Positions 25,228-39,321 are shown, numbered from the whole stretch's first letter. The stretch is 63,150 bases of DNA, filler included, from Octopus bimaculoides (GCF_001194135.2; 5 parts of 4 records of this genome joined end to end with filler, not necessarily neighbours in it); one strand, 5' to 3'. Numbers and translations: made by a program. Notes: a model not told the origin generated them from the sequence alone.

Positions 25228-26604
25228 TATACATACATACATATATATGAACCACGGACGTTTTCACGTAAGTAAAAGTGTTGATGGCGAAACCGGTACA
25301 CAATTAATTCTTTATTTTGTATATTTTTCATTTTGTCCTGTCCACCTATGCTCTGGTGTTTGGTGAATTTTTCTGGAGATTAGTGAGTGCGTTGCTTCTT
25401 TAGTTCTGGAGAACATTATTTTTCTTTGTGGTTGGGGCGTTGATGACTTCTTTCTTGCATATTGGATGTCCACATTGTGGTCATCCCTTCTTATACACAT
25501 GTAATACAATTTTTCTGAATTATCAGATTTTTATATGCTAGGCCACTGGTTTTAAATTGAAATTAATATTCAATTTATAACCCTCAGTATGTGTGTGCGT
25601 GTGTGTGTGTGTGTGTGTGTGCGTGTGAATGTGTATGTATGTGTGTGTGTGTGTGTGCGTGCGTGTGTGTGCGTGAGTGTGTGTATGCATGTATTAAATT
25701 CACGTATGCACATCGTAAAAGTGAGAAGACAGACCTGCAGACCAGCCAGTCTTGCAATTGCCCTAGATACTGTGCAATTGATATTTGCCACTGTTTATCA
25801 GAATTACAGGTCAACATATCTTTGTAACATTCTAGGAGGCTGTTGTGGAGAGTCTCAACTAGCGCCCGTCTGAAGGGACTGACTTCGTATTTGTCAGGAT
25901 TGCATAGAGAAAAGCATTACATTAAGTTTTTAAAAGAACTCTCTTAAAATATCCATTTGAATTCACTGGATTTTTTCTCAAGTGCATACTTATCTATCCG
26001 TCAGACAGTTCTTTAAACAGCCAAACCACAGAAACTAGAGAAGCAACGCACACACTAATCTCAGTATTTAGGAATTAAATGCAGCAAATGCGACAAGCAT
26101 TTTAAAACTATATGTATCAGCATTAGATATATAATTTGTTTTAGTTTCTAAAAGCAATCCAGAAAGGCCGATTCTAATTAGATGAATGAATAAAACATGA
26201 TCTCTCTACAGCGTTGTCATGATACAACTTACTATTTTTAGGAACGTACATTTCTCCTTATAGTTGAAGTTGCTTAGCTTCTACACCATGTTTGAATCAG
26301 CAGAAATATTTTATCAATATATAAATGGGACAACCATGTTGTATTTGGATACACCATCCTCATTACAATTGACGTCATCGTTGTCTTATCATCTTTGTCA
26401 TCATTGCCCTCCTCATTACTTCTCATTTCAGGATTACATTTTTCGAATTCTGATATTTCCTGTCAGAATTTTTAGTGTGTGTATAATATCATATGAAGAC
26501 GATATGATAGAGGACCCGATCTCCACTTACTCGTGGATGTGCTGTTTATTTACATGAAAAACGTAAATCCTGACTAATGATGATGCTCATTCATATCAAT
26601 TCAT

Positions 26605-26653
<49 letters not shown>

Positions 26654-26859
26654 NNNNNNNNNNNNNNNNNNNNNNNNNNNNNNNNNNNNNNNNNNNNNNN
26701 NNNNNNNNNNNNNNNNNNNNNNNNNNNNNNNNNNNNNNNNNNNNNNNNNNNNNNNNNNNNNNNNNNNNNNNNNNNNATATATATATATATATAACTGAGA
26801 CTAAGTTGAATTAAGCATTTAAGTTGAAACACCAAGTCAGTCTGGTATTATCTGCACAG

Positions 26860-28377
26860 CAGGCTATCAAGTAGTGATGCAGTACGACCGTTTCAAGCGT
26901 TACCATTTAATTGAGCAAAGCAATCATTACATCGATTTAAATGCAGTGCCATCATCAGCTGCAAACATAAATATGCAATATTTTAACCAGTGGGACACAT
27001 TAATATAAGTTTTCTCAAATACTTTAAAAGAGCAAGAAGATGGAAGGATTCATGTTGTGGCGATTGTAGCTAAGAATATACTACACTTCCAAAAATCGCA
27101 TGAAGTCCATTGCGGTCATAGCTTGTAAAAGATTGTGATTCATTTCTAATTTATTTATCTCTTTATCAACTACTAAATCTAAAACTAGAAGACTGTGTTT
27201 GTTTAGAATAAAGGGCAAGCCTGAGTTGATAGCGCATAGCTAGGTATGGTCACAAATAGTGTAATATGTATTCCTTTTCCTCAGGGAGGAAAGAAATCAT
27301 TAGGAGCGGTCAAATGGATATAGGTTAACTGTCTAAAAAATGAGGGAAAGACTCTAAATCATAATGTTAATTACCAGTTAAAGGGGCAAGGCGCTGATAA
27401 ATGCTAAGATGTTAATACAGAGGAAATTTCATCTTGGAGGACTATGAGTGATTGTTTATACAAAATATTGTTATGTTGGATAAAAAGAAATTTAAGATTT
27501 TCTAACATGATATAAGCAAATAGGTAAAATCTGTGTATATATCAACTATAAATATTAAAAAGGAAAGATTACATAGATTCAATTTAATATCCATTCATGT
27601 GCTCAATTAATTATTTATAAGGTGGTTTTTATAAAGACCGCCCTGAGCATTTACGTATGGAATACTGGAAAGATAACCATGCTATCAATAAATTAATTAT
27701 AAGCCATGAATTAAAAAAAAATAAAGGTGTGTATAGACACGCACATATTTTTATATGTGCACACGTGCACATATTGACATACACAGCTATTTATATGTTT
27801 ATGTCGATATAGCATAACCATCTCGCATAGATTTAAGTAACTCCAAAGTATCCATTTACGAAGAAGGAAAATAAAAATTTAGAAGGGATAAGAGATTAAT
27901 AGGTTATGCGTATATATGCATATAAATACACATACACAAATATTTATACATTTATATGTATATAGTATAACCATCTTGCATAGACGTAAGTAGATGGAAA
28001 ATATTTATTTAAGAACAACAACTACTTATAACGGATACGAGGTTAATAGAGAAGGATATCAAAATAAGAAAACAAAATAATAAGAATGTATAGAAAATAA
28101 TAATTAAAACATATAACCAACATTTAAAGAGGCAGAGAATTAAAGTTTGAGGTAGGGAAGAGATAAAGATGACCCGAAAAGGAGAGGTAGTAGGATATGG
28201 GTATAGTGAGGGCAGTTAGAGGTATTCAGACCGAATAGAATTTATACTGGTTAAAATTCTATTTATTTATTTGTGCAGTTGATAATGGCACTATATTTAA
28301 ATTGACGTAATGATTGCATTTTTCAATTAAATGGAGACCCTTGAAACGGTCGTACTGCATCACTACTTGACATCCTG
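26860..28377. mobile_element. Non-autonomous element with ~135-bp terminal inverted repeats (Tc1/mariner-like termini)
   Basis: 26860-26992 (caggctatcaagtagtgatgcagtacgaccgtttcaag...) is the reverse complement of about 28245-28377 (...cttgaaacggtcgtactgcatcactacttgacatcctg|ta), roughly 80% identical by eye. AT-rich non-coding interior. Confidence 0.7.
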
Positions 28378-29052
28378 TATATATATATATATATNNNNNN
28401 NNNNNNNNNNNNNNNNNNNNNNNNNNNNNNNNNNNNNNNNNNNNNNNNNNNNNNNNNNNNNNNNNNNNNNNNNNNNNNNNNNNNNNNNNNNNNNNNNNNN
28501 NNNNNNNNNNNNNNNNNNNNNNNNNNNNNNNNNNNNNNNNNNNNNNNNNNNNNNNNNNNNNNNNNNNNNNNNNNNNNNNNNNNNNNNNNNNNNNNNNNNN
28601 NNNNNNNNNNNNNNNNNNNNNNNNNNNNNNNNNNNNNNNNNNNNNNNNNNNNNNNNNNNNNNNNNNNNNNNNNNNNNNNNNNNNNNNNNNNNNNNNNNNN
28701 NNNNNNNNNNNNNNNNNNNNNNNNNNNNNNNNNNNNNNNNNNNNNNNNNNNNNNNNNNNNNNNNNNNNNNNNNNNNNNNNNNNNNNNNNNNNNNNNNNNN
28801 NNNNNNNNNNNNNNNNNNNNNNNNNNNNNNNNNNNNNNNNNNNNNNNNNNNNNNNNNNNNNNNNNNNNNNNNNNNNNNNNNNNNNNNNNNNNNNNNNNNN
28901 NNNNNNNNNNNNNNNNNNNNNNNNNNNNNNNNNNNNNNNNNNNNNNNNNNNNNNNNNNNNNNNNNNNNNNNNNNNNNNNNNNNNNNNNNNNNNNNNNNNN
29001 NNNNNNNNNNNNNNNNNNNNNNNNNNNNNNNNNNNNNNNNNNNNNNNNNNNN

Positions 29053-29089
<37 letters not shown>

Positions 29090-30228
29090 ATATATCGAAA
29101 TTACCTTTTCAGCCACACGCTTCCAAGAAATATATTTATGCAGTATGTCTTTCATTACTTCTCACGGATAATCAATGGCTGCGGCAAAATCACTATTGAC
29201 TTGAATAGATAGAGTAAAACATACAACTCCGAATCGTGCATAAGTAGTTTTCAGACTTAAGTCAACCCAACCCGAACGATTATATTTATTGAAGTAATTT
29301 TCAAGAACTTGGATATGGTTTGAGAGATGTTGTTAAATCGACTGATAACATTGATTTAAACTTGATGCCAAGAAATATTGGTGATTTAAATGCTAGAATG
29401 CAAGACTAGAAGCTATTCAATAGTTTACATCTACTGTCTATATTTTTGAATCAAATTACGTACATCATTAGTATCTTATCAATAACTACGTACAGCGTAA
29501 AATAGCTTACACTTTATGAAGTACAATAGGCCATGAATACAAATGACGGTTCTATATATAGTTGAGGAATATATATACATATATAAGTTATGGTATATTC
29601 TGTTAAGAACATAGCAGAGTACACTATGAATCCTGACCACCTTCAGATTTACCCTCTGCTATCCAGTAATAATATTAAACTTACTTGTAGGTGTGCGTTT
29701 AGGCATGTCTCTTGTATGAATAGTTATATGTAATTGAAAAAAAAATGGAGTCAACAAGAAGAGATATGTTTGAAAATTGAGTTTGTAATAACTACAATTG
29801 TTTCGACGCAGTGTACTTCTGTAGATATGCAAGTACTTGATTATCCAACCATTCCCCTGCATTATGAGATCTACTTGTGTTTCCTCGGGTGATATGTAAA
29901 TAATGTCTCCGTAAGTTTAAAATCCTCGGCTCCAAGAACATCATATTTGTTTTTCGTGTTCTGCATTTAGTAGAAGTCAGTGCATTTATCAGGACGTTTT
30001 GAGACTGAAGGACCGTAGGCAGACTGGTTTAAGTGTGTAGATGTAGTGATATGGTGAAACCGGTACTGTTAAATAGGTTGCCGTTTTAAAGAGATTAATA
30101 CTTTATATTTTTGTACTGATGACTTATTCTTCATGGCTGATGACACATGTGGTTGTCCTTCGCTGGCCTTGACTGTTCAACGCTCGATACATACACGCTT
30201 ACACACATGCACTCCTACCCCACCCCTA

Positions 30229-30261
<33 letters not shown>

Positions 30262-30924
30262 NNNNNNNNNNNNNNNNNNNNNNNNNNNNNNNNNNNNNNN
30301 NNNNNNNNNNNNNNNNNNNNNNNNNNNNNNNNNNNNNNNNNNNNNNNNNNNNNNNNNNNNNNNNNNNNNNNNNNNNNNNNNNNNNNNNNNNNNNNNNNNN
30401 NNNNNNNNNNNNNNNNNNNNNNNNNNNNNNNNNNNNNNNNNNNNNNNNNNNNNNNNNNNNNNNNNNNNNNNNNNNNNNNNNNNNNNNNNNNNNNNNNNNN
30501 NNNNNNNNNNNNNNNNNNNNNNNNNNNNNNNNNNNNNNNNNNNNNNNNNNNNNNNNNNNNNNNNNNNNNNNNNNNNNNNNNNNNNNNNNNNNNNNNNNNN
30601 NNNNNNNNNNNNNNNNNNNNNNNNNNNNNNNNNNNNNNNNNNNNNNNNNNNNNNNNNNNNNNNNNNNNNNNNNNNNNNNNNNNNNNNNNNNNNNNNNNNN
30701 NNNNNNNNNNNNNNNNNNNNNNNNNNNNNNNNNNNNNNNNNNNNNNNNNNNNNNNNNNNNNNNNNNNNNNNNNNNNNNNNNNNNNNNNNNNNNNNNNNNN
30801 NNNNNNNNNNNNNNNNNNNNNNNNNNNNNNNNNNNNNNNNNNNNNNNNNNNNNNNNNNNNNNNNNNNNNNNNNNNNNNNNNNNNNNNNNNNNNNNNNNNN
30901 NNNNNNNNNNNNNNNNNNNNNNNN

Positions 30925-30963
<39 letters not shown>

Positions 30964-31170
30964 TGTGTTTGTGTCTCTGTTTGTCCACCCAACATCGCTT
31001 GACAACCGGTGCTAGTTTATTTACGTCCCCGTAAACTAGCGGTTCGGCAAAAGCGTCCGATAAAATAAGTACTAGGCCTACAAAGAATAAGTCTTGGGGG
31101 CGATTTGCTCGACTAAAGGTGGTGCTCCAGCATGACCGCTGTCAAATGACTGAAACAAGTAAAAGAGTAA
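30925..31170 (+). mobile_element. SINE family B 3' body following (GT)n
   Basis: cgcttgacaaccggtg..acgtccccgtaa..gcggttcggcaaaag..gtgctccagcatg..tgactgaaacaagtaaaag. Similar at 59080-59300 (+), and 52626-52790, 56470-56640, 15860-15950 (-). Confidence 0.85.
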
Positions 31171-32280
31171 GTTAAGTAAGAAAATGTTGAAATGAAATTT
31201 TATAATAGTCAAAACTCTTTTAATGCTTTTAATGTTTTACTTTTTCTTTTACAGTCCATGTGTTTTAGTGTATATGACCAAATCAAGAACGTTTGTATTC
31301 CTAAACACCAATTCAATATTCTGTATAAAGATGACTGAATAACCTGCTAGCGTTCTCATTTGTTTCCTAGTTGTGTACAGACATGTTTATTCAGAGGCTA
31401 CTTTATGGGTAATAAGATTTTTACTTTAACATGATTGTTTTGTTTTTGATTGTTCATTGATTTCAATTTCTACCACTATTTTTTTTTCGTTTCTATTAAT
31501 TCGTAATACGCACGGGGATTTTTTGAATGAATGTAAATTAAAGCGGGTAGCATTTTATCTCTTATATCCACAGGACTATGTAATACATTATCTTCAACAA
31601 TTTAGAAGAGAAATTACCCCAACACATTAATTACCGGAAAAAGAAAATTGTTCATTAAAATATATTAATATTGGTCTTTACTTGTAATTACGAAATTAAC
31701 AAATTAAGAATTAACAAAACATTGCATTAATTTGAATATTAACCTCCTACAATTTAGGATGATATTTTATTCAAAATATTATTCAAGTCCTAATGAAATA
31801 GCTAAACGAGATTAATTACACCAAATAATTGCTGTTATTTATGAGAGTTAATCAATTATCACTTTACTACTTTTCTCTGCTGGGAAACGGAAATGAACAT
31901 GTTAAGGTGAAAATATGGTAAACTTGGTAATAATTCACAAACATAATATAATCCAGAGAATAACAGTTATGGTGCCCTTGGGCAAGGCAGTTCATTTTAC
32001 GTTGTTGCATCCAATAATCAGAACCCTCCTTTCTCATACAAGTATATGATATCTAGCAGATATGGATGATGAACAGCTCCGCATATGTTCTATTAACTTT
32101 TACTTCCGAATTTAAAACGACTCCATGCACTTTTAGCTATATTGTGTTATAGTTGTTAAACATTTTTCTACTATATTTCTTAAACGTTTTACACAGTAAT
32201 CTGCGTAGCATCCGACACAAAAAGTAGAAGTATTGCATTGCGTTACTCTTTTTACTAATCATTGAATCAGTTTTAGAAAA

Positions 32281-32660
32281 TCACAATGAAAATGTAGTGA
32301 ATAGAAATCGATATATCTGATTAATAAGTTAGTCATGATATTTTGATTGCTTATTTCAAATATAGTTCTGTTGATACCTGCTCCTAATCCTCCTCATGCT
32401 AATTAAATACGAGTCTTGAAAGTACTGGAAGATGATAGAATTGAATATTTGCTGTCGTCATATGCTAAGCCTTCACAATGAAAAGTTACTGAATGGAGAT
32501 TGGTATATCTGATTAATGTGTTAGTTATGACATGTTGATTTCTGATTTCAAATATAGGTTTCTTGAAACCTGCTTCTAATATTCCCGATGCTGATTAAAT
32601 AAGTATCTTGAAAGTTCTGAAGTTTATACTATTGGCTATTTGCTTTCCTCATACACTCGA
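32281..32660. repeat. Old tandem duplication, unit about 192 bp
   Basis: tcacaatgaaaa..tatatctgattaat..atttcaaatatag..tcttgaaagt occurs twice, diverged. Confidence 0.75.
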
Positions 32661-33003
32661 ATTTATAACCAATAATTACGTCATTATTACTTTCTGACTT
32701 GCGTAACCATGTTAACTCCCAAAATCTTTCAAGCTGGTTTTCCACAGGAATGCAACGTTGAAGTTAAGGAAGAAAACGTATTTTTATCATGACGGTGATA
32801 AAGCAAAGCTAGTTGTTGGAAGTGTAAACTACTACTCAGCAATGTCACACAACAGTAGAGCTATTTATGTTGTGATTTTAGATATATATCATTGTCTGAT
32901 ATATGTCTAAAATCTAGCATATATAGAAAACAATAACAAAATACTCTTTAAAATTGGGTGAACTTTGTACATGTTTGTTTAATAAAAAACGCATACAAAT
33001 ATA

Positions 33004-33769
33004 CAATGCCTGATCGATAAGTATCCGGACTGGTACTATAAAACAAAACTACAACACGTGCCAATTTAACATCTAATCTCCTTCGAAGCAGCCCCCTTCG
33101 GAAGCTACACACTTATGTTTCGGTGTCAGAGCCATAGACCCAAGATTCATCACCTGTTATGACCATTTTTCAAAAAGGTCTCATCGTTCTTGACACAATC
33201 AAGGAAATCTTGTGCTAGTAAAATTCGAATATCTTTTTCGTCAGCTGAGAGCAATTTTGGCATAAACCAAGCATAAATGCGTCTCATACACACATCGTCA
33301 GTGATAATGGACTGAACCTAACTGTAACTAACGTGGACATCCTCTGATAACTCATGGATGGTTATTCGACGATTTCCCCTCACAGCTGCACGCATATCAG
33401 GGATGCTTTTGTCAGTTCTACTGGATGAGTGCATCCCAGAACGTTCGTCGATATCGACATATTTTCTGCCATCTGAGAAATGTCTAAACTACTTGTACAC
33501 TTATCTGCGGCTCATACACTCCTCTCCATACAACTTTCTGCAACTTTGCGTAGGTCTCTTAGCAGGTATCGCCAAGCTTTTGCCAAAATTTGATGCACAT
33601 TCTCTGCTCAGCTTTCTGTCATGGTCAATGCAACGATCACACTCTACAGACTTTCCTTCTAAGCACTGCTGTAAACAGCAGAGTTGAAGGTCAGTCTGTG
33701 CCAATCAACTTCACGCTGCGTTCTTTAGCTTCGTTACTATGGCAACGGATACTTAGTCGTCAGACCACG
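33004..33769 (-). mobile_element. Internally deleted mariner element
   Basis: Degenerate TIRs (ta|caatgcctgatcgataagtatccg and the reverse complement ta|cgtggtctgacgactaagtatccg) with TA flanks. Minus translation shows the mariner N-terminus with many stops: EQRMCIKFWQKLG..YGEECMSR..DERSG..RRITIHELSEDV..PKLLSADEK. Confidence 0.85.
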
Positions 33770-33841
33770 TACATATATATGCACTCATAACAACTTCAGT
33801 CACTCAAACACACACACACACATGTATATATATATATATAT

Positions 33842-33941
33842 NNNNNNNNNNNNNNNNNNNNNNNNNNNNNNNNNNNNNNNNNNNNTTAATTAATTAANNN
33901 NNNNNNNNNNNNNNNNNNNNNNNNNNNNNNNNNNNNNNNNN
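33842..33941. other. Artificial scaffold join N44-TTAATTAATTAA-N44
   Basis: Identical 100-bp construct. Confidence 0.95.
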
Positions 33942-35059
33942 GCGTTTAGTATATGAAGCACTGTTGGTTAAGAGATGGTGAAATACAGGTAAATGTAGCG
34001 GATATGGAGGACACCAATTCCAAAGAGCAGAACATACTGTGTAGAAAAGACGATTCAGAGACGTCTTATATGTTATCTGTAACTTATCTGGTTGAAGAGT
34101 GTCGCTGAACGTCAATTATTTGAATTCCTTTTATATTGAATGCAATGAAAGATGCTTGTGCGTAGTAGCCAAACTATTTCCTATATGTTGGTAATACTTA
34201 AAGTATAGATTCTATTGGAGATATGCTGAGTGATGTCTTAGAGAAATCACATTATTGTTGAATCACAGCATTCTATTGCATTCTATTATCGTAGAATCAC
34301 AGCATTCTATTGCAGCTATATGACATGTGTTTGCGATATGACATGTGATGACGATTCACTCCCGAACTAAAATAAGCTCCCAGCCTCTGTATCATAAATG
34401 GCTGTGTGGACCACTCCTAACGAAAGTCAGAGCTTTCTTCCACCACTACATAAAAAGGATTAAGAAAAAAATGTTATTATGATATACTTTTATTTTAGTT
34501 GTTTACTCTATTTTACGCTTGTATATACTCTTACACATTCAAAGTTCATATATTTCCTTATTTAAATTATGAATCATATTCCTTTCGATAATATCAATAT
34601 GNNNNNNNNNNTGAATCATATTCCTTTCGATAATATCAATATGATTACAAAACTTCTTTGTGCAAAAAATCAAACTAAGGCTTACCTCTCACTGTTCTAT
34701 GCGAATAACGTCCCGGATGTTCTGGTACTATGGGTTATTGTGATTGACGAAACTGAGATGAAAACAACAGTCGCTCCGATTAACCGTTTCGAATTCTGTT
34801 CGAGACTGACACACTTCAATAACCACTAAATACTGACTATATACTGCTTATGCACACACTATATACTGACACACACTGTTTCCATTTTATTCTCGCTATT
34901 AACCGTCCTCGCGACTCCCTTCGTATCTACGATGGGGCCACGAACTATACGATGAAAATACAAAGTTATTCGTGGTCGGCGAATTTTTAATAAAAAGGCG
35001 AAGGTGGCTTATCTGTTCAAAAATTTATATCTACGAAATAATCATACTTACCGATTTTT

Positions 35060-35939
35060 TAATGCTAAAAACCTTCCTGACGACCGTCTTTGTAAAAAAT
35101 ATCGTAACCATTGGTCCAGCCGTCTGGCCGTAAAAAGGGCCAGAGACGGACAGACGGACGCGCATAACGCCCATTATAGTTCAGATAGCAAATCTGCTAT
35201 CTACGATGGGAAATAAAGGGATAATATCGCAAATCTAAACCCTCTAAANNNNNNNNNNNNNNNNNNNNNNNNNNNNNNNNNNNNNNNNNNNNNNNNNNNN
35301 NNNNNNNNNNNNNNNNNNNNNNNNNNNNNNNNNNNNNNNNNNNNNNNNNNNNNNNNNNNNNNNNNNNNNNNNNNNNNNNNNNNNNNNNNNNNNNNNNNNN
35401 NNNNNNNNNNNNNNNNNNNNNNNNNNNNNNNNNNNNNNNNNNNNNNNNNNNNNNNNNNNNNNNNNNNNNNNNNNNNNNNNNNNNNNNNNNNNNNNNNNNN
35501 NNNNNNNNNNNNNNNNNNNNNNNNNNNNNNNNNNNNNNNNNNNNNNNNNNNNNNNNNNNNNNNNNNNNNNNNNNNNNNNNNNNNNNNNNNNNNNNNNNNN
35601 NNNNNNNNNNNNNNNNNNNNNNNNNNNNNNNNNNNNNNNNNNNNNNNNNNNNNNNNNNNNNNNNNNNNNNNNNNNNNNNNNNNNNNNNNNNNNNNNNNNN
35701 NNNNNNNNNNNNNNNNNNNNNNNNNNNNNNNNNNNNNNNNNNNNNNNNNNNNNNNNNNNTGCCCAAGGTGCCACGCAGTGGGACTGAACCCGGAACCATG
35801 TGGTTGGTTTACCTGTTTACTTCCTACGTAATCCCCAAAAAACATCGTGACCATTGGTCCAGCCTTTTGACCGTGAAGACTGAACAGACAGTAAAACCGA
35901 CGGACAGACAGACAAACAGACGAACATAACGCCCATTAT
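35060..35939 (+). mobile_element. Two copies (35060-35190, 35805-35939) of a Helitron/Helentron-associated non-autonomous-like end
   Basis: Both share ...accattggtccagcc..t.gccgt.aa...(gaca)n..cataacgcccattat, the layout of HINE/DINE-type elements. They are separated by an N gap. Confidence 0.4.
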
Positions 35940-37583
35940 NNNNNNNNNNAAGATTTTCTGACTGACGTAGGGAAGTGGTGGGGTACATTATATGAAAAGG
36001 ATTTTTATATCAAAAATAATAATAATGACTTGAGTTGTTAAGGAGCTTCTCAGTCAATTATATGATGTAGATTATTGTCGGNNNNNNNNNNAGTTGTTAA
36101 GGAGCTTCTCAGTCAATTATATGATGTAGATTATTGTCGGATTGAAATTGTCCCAACTTTTATGGTTCGTAATATATGAAAATGATAAAATATAGTATTT
36201 TAATTGATCTTGACATTTCTTTCTTTTTTTCCGCCTAGAATCCACCGAATTACTTGCCAAAGACGCTGAAAGAATCTGTTAAAATTGGGCCATATATCCT
36301 AGAACTAGTTAGTTTTGAGGATAAAAAAATATGTATACACAGTGTTTTAAAGGTTAAGTTTGATAATAAGAAAAAGGCAAGTTTGATATTTTTTGTTGAT
36401 GTTTATAAAATAATTCCATTTTTGAAAAGGAAGTTATATGAAAGCATAATGAAAGAAATATCTTACGTTCCTATTTGTATCGTATTCTTGTATTATATTT
36501 TCTTGGCTCAACATAATAACCCAATGAAAGATTTTGTTGGAGAGGAAGCCACCAAAAGCAAGCAATGAAATAGAATACATGAAGTTACGATAAAATGTAT
36601 GGACGGTCGGAAGAAACAACCAACAACATTGTGTGTGGTACCGCGGTGTTTGGCAATAATGAATACATCTAGAGGCATGCCAGAATTGCGAGCTTTCATA
36701 CCCTGGGCGTTATTCCAGCATTAAGAAATACGAAGAAATAAGAAGTATTACAATCATACANNNNNNNNNNNNNNNNNNNNNNNNNNNNNNNNNNNNNNNN
36801 NNNNNNNNNNNNNNNNNNNNNNNNNNNNNNNNNNNNNNNNNNNNNNNNNNNNNNNNNNNNNNNNNNNNNNNNNNNNNNNNNNNNNNNNNNNNNNNNNNNN
36901 NNNNNNNNNNNNNNNNNNNNNNNNNNNNNNNNNNNNNNNNNNNNNNNNNNNNNNNNNNNNNNNNNNNNNNNNNNNNNNNNNNNNNNNNNNNNNNNNNNNN
37001 NNNNNNNNNNNNNNNNNNNNNNNNNNNNNNNNNNNNNNNNNNNNNNNNNNNNNNNNNNNNNNNNNNNNNNNNNNNNNNNNNNNNNNNNNNNNNNNNNNNN
37101 NNNNNNNNNNNNNNNNNNNNNNNNNNNNNNNNNNNNNNNNNNNNNNNNNNNNNNNNNNNNNNNNNNNNNNNNNNNNNNNNNNNNNNNNNNNNNNNNNNNN
37201 NNNNNNNNNNNNNNNNNNNNNNNNNNNNNNNNNNNNNNNNNNNNNNNNNNNNNNNNNNNNNNNNNNNNNNNNNNNNNNNNNNNNNNNNNNNNNNNNNNNN
37301 NNNNNNNNNNNNNNNNNNNNNNNNNNNNNNNNNNNNNNNNNNNNNNNNNNNNNNNNNNNNNNNNNNNNNNNNNNNNNNNNNNNNNNNNNNNNNNNNNNNN
37401 NNNNNNNNNNNNNNNNNNNNNNNNNNNNNNNNNNNNNNNNNNNNNNNNNNNNNNNNNNNNNNNNNNNNNNNNNNNNNNNNNNNNNNNNNNNNNNNNNNNN
37501 NNNNNNNNNNNNNNNNNNNNNNNNNNNNNNNNNNNNNNNNNNNNNNNNNNNNNNNNNNNNNNNNNNNNNNNNNNNNNNNNNNN

Positions 37584-37614
<31 letters not shown>

Positions 37615-38024
37615 TACAATAATGATAATAATACACATAGATTGATCAGAAATGCCATACGACTACAGAAGGTTATTCAAAAACAACTACAACAACAAAA
37701 TCAGCAACACAAGAATTAACAAGAACGGCAACGATAACTACCTTCTGCCACCCCTCGCCCTCACCCTGTTCCTGTGGTTATAGAACGTAGCCTAGCCAGG
37801 GACACAAACAACAACACCAGCAGTAACAAGAAGAACGACACCGTTACCGTAGTTAGAGAAGGTAACTGCAAGCAATAAGTGATAATAGTGATAGTAATTT
37901 AACTTCATTTGTTTTGTTCCCACGCTGAGCTTATCCACCGAAGATTACAAGATAGCAATGGATCCTCTGAGAATTTATTCAGCGTGTTACAAAGAGTAGT
38001 TAAATCGGATCTATTTCAAAACGG

Positions 38025-38124
38025 NNNNNNNNNNNNNNNNNNNNNNNNNNNNNNNNNNNNNNNNNNNNTTAATTAATTAANNNNNNNNNNNNNNNNNNNN
38101 NNNNNNNNNNNNNNNNNNNNNNNN
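38025..38124. other. Artificial scaffold join N44-TTAATTAATTAA-N44
   Basis: Identical 100-bp construct. Confidence 0.95.
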
Positions 38125-39321
38125 ATATTAGATATTAGCAACATCCTATGAGTGAATTTTCTGTTTATGTGTTTCTATTTAAATTCATGGAACATTATAT
38201 ATAGATAATACAAGATGGAATAAACAGGCTTTAATCCTATCACTACAATTGTTTCTGTACATTAGCATCAGCTGTTAATTGCTGGGTGTTTCATATATCA
38301 TACACATTATTGCATTAATATGATCCAACAGGCTGCTTATATGGCTCCCATGAGACTGTACAGGGATAGAATAATGCATAGCAAGATGCCTTTCTTAATG
38401 TTAATCCTCATGTTTCCTTCCATATATATATATGTATGGGTATGCATACACAGACACCTAATTTTTTTAATATAATATATGTAATATATATATTGTATAC
38501 ATGTAAAATATAAATACTGTATACATATAAAGCATATCTATGTATTATACATAATATATACATATAATAAATATATGTATACATATGTATTTAAACTACA
38601 TATCATTATTGTTTTAATGCCCAAATTTTTCACGCCTGCAATGAGTCAGGCAGAATTTGTTGAGGTACGCTTTCAATGGCTGGATGCTTTTCCAGTCAGC
38701 AACACTCAGCTGTTTCCAAGTAAGGTAATATTTCCCTATGAACAGAGATGTTTACAAGAAGATCAGAAACAAAGGACACCACTTGTATGAAGGTGACACT
38801 TGTTTACAATTATCACATGATATCAAAGCAAGAAGACATTAGCACAAACATGCATACACACACACACACATACATATATACTCAAAATATGGGCGTATAC
38901 TTCATAAGTAATCTAAATAATTAGGCACGCTAGGTAAATGCTGTAATGGATTACTAGGGTTCCAAGGTTATAGCCATGACGATAGTTATGGAGCCATTGC
39001 AGATTTCCAATGTAGTGCATATATAATAGTTTGGGGATATCCTAGAAACAGCTGTAAGACTTTGAATTTCTTCCAATAATAATATTGTATATGACTTGAG
39101 ATGTTTGCCTTGCCTTAATGTTTGTTGTCCTCTATAACAATTACATATATATGACAGGCTTCTTTCAATTTCAGTCAACCAAATCCACTCACAAGGCTTT
39201 GATCAGCCAAAGGCTATATTAAAAGACACTTGTTCAAGGTGCCATTCAGTAGGACTGAACCCAGCACCATGTGGTTTGGAAGCAAACTTCTTACTACAAA
39301 GGTACACCTGTGCCAAGAAGA

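Noticed and set aside
29830-30020. Minus-strand 70-codon open frame ending GEWLDNQVLAYLQKYTASKQL*, faintly Ulp1-like
   Set aside because: Only a short WLxxxV resemblance, no catalytic motifs, and it lies next to a probable repeat relic.
28259-31034. Long ORFs of 250-300 aa in the track (also 35197-35854, 36710-37638, 58400-59159)
   Set aside because: They consist almost entirely of X from N gaps plus microsatellite translation.
33950-33988. 39-nt AG/GT-bounded phase-0 mini-exon (YMKHCWLRDGEIQ) on the plus strand
   Set aside because: The acceptor context is lost in the gap and there is no homology. Such pairs arise by chance.
36240-36740. Possible piggyBac C-terminal relic (KKQPTTLCVV..ACQNC)
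   Set aside because: Resemblance is limited to a few residues across a frameshift; no TIR or TTAA seen.
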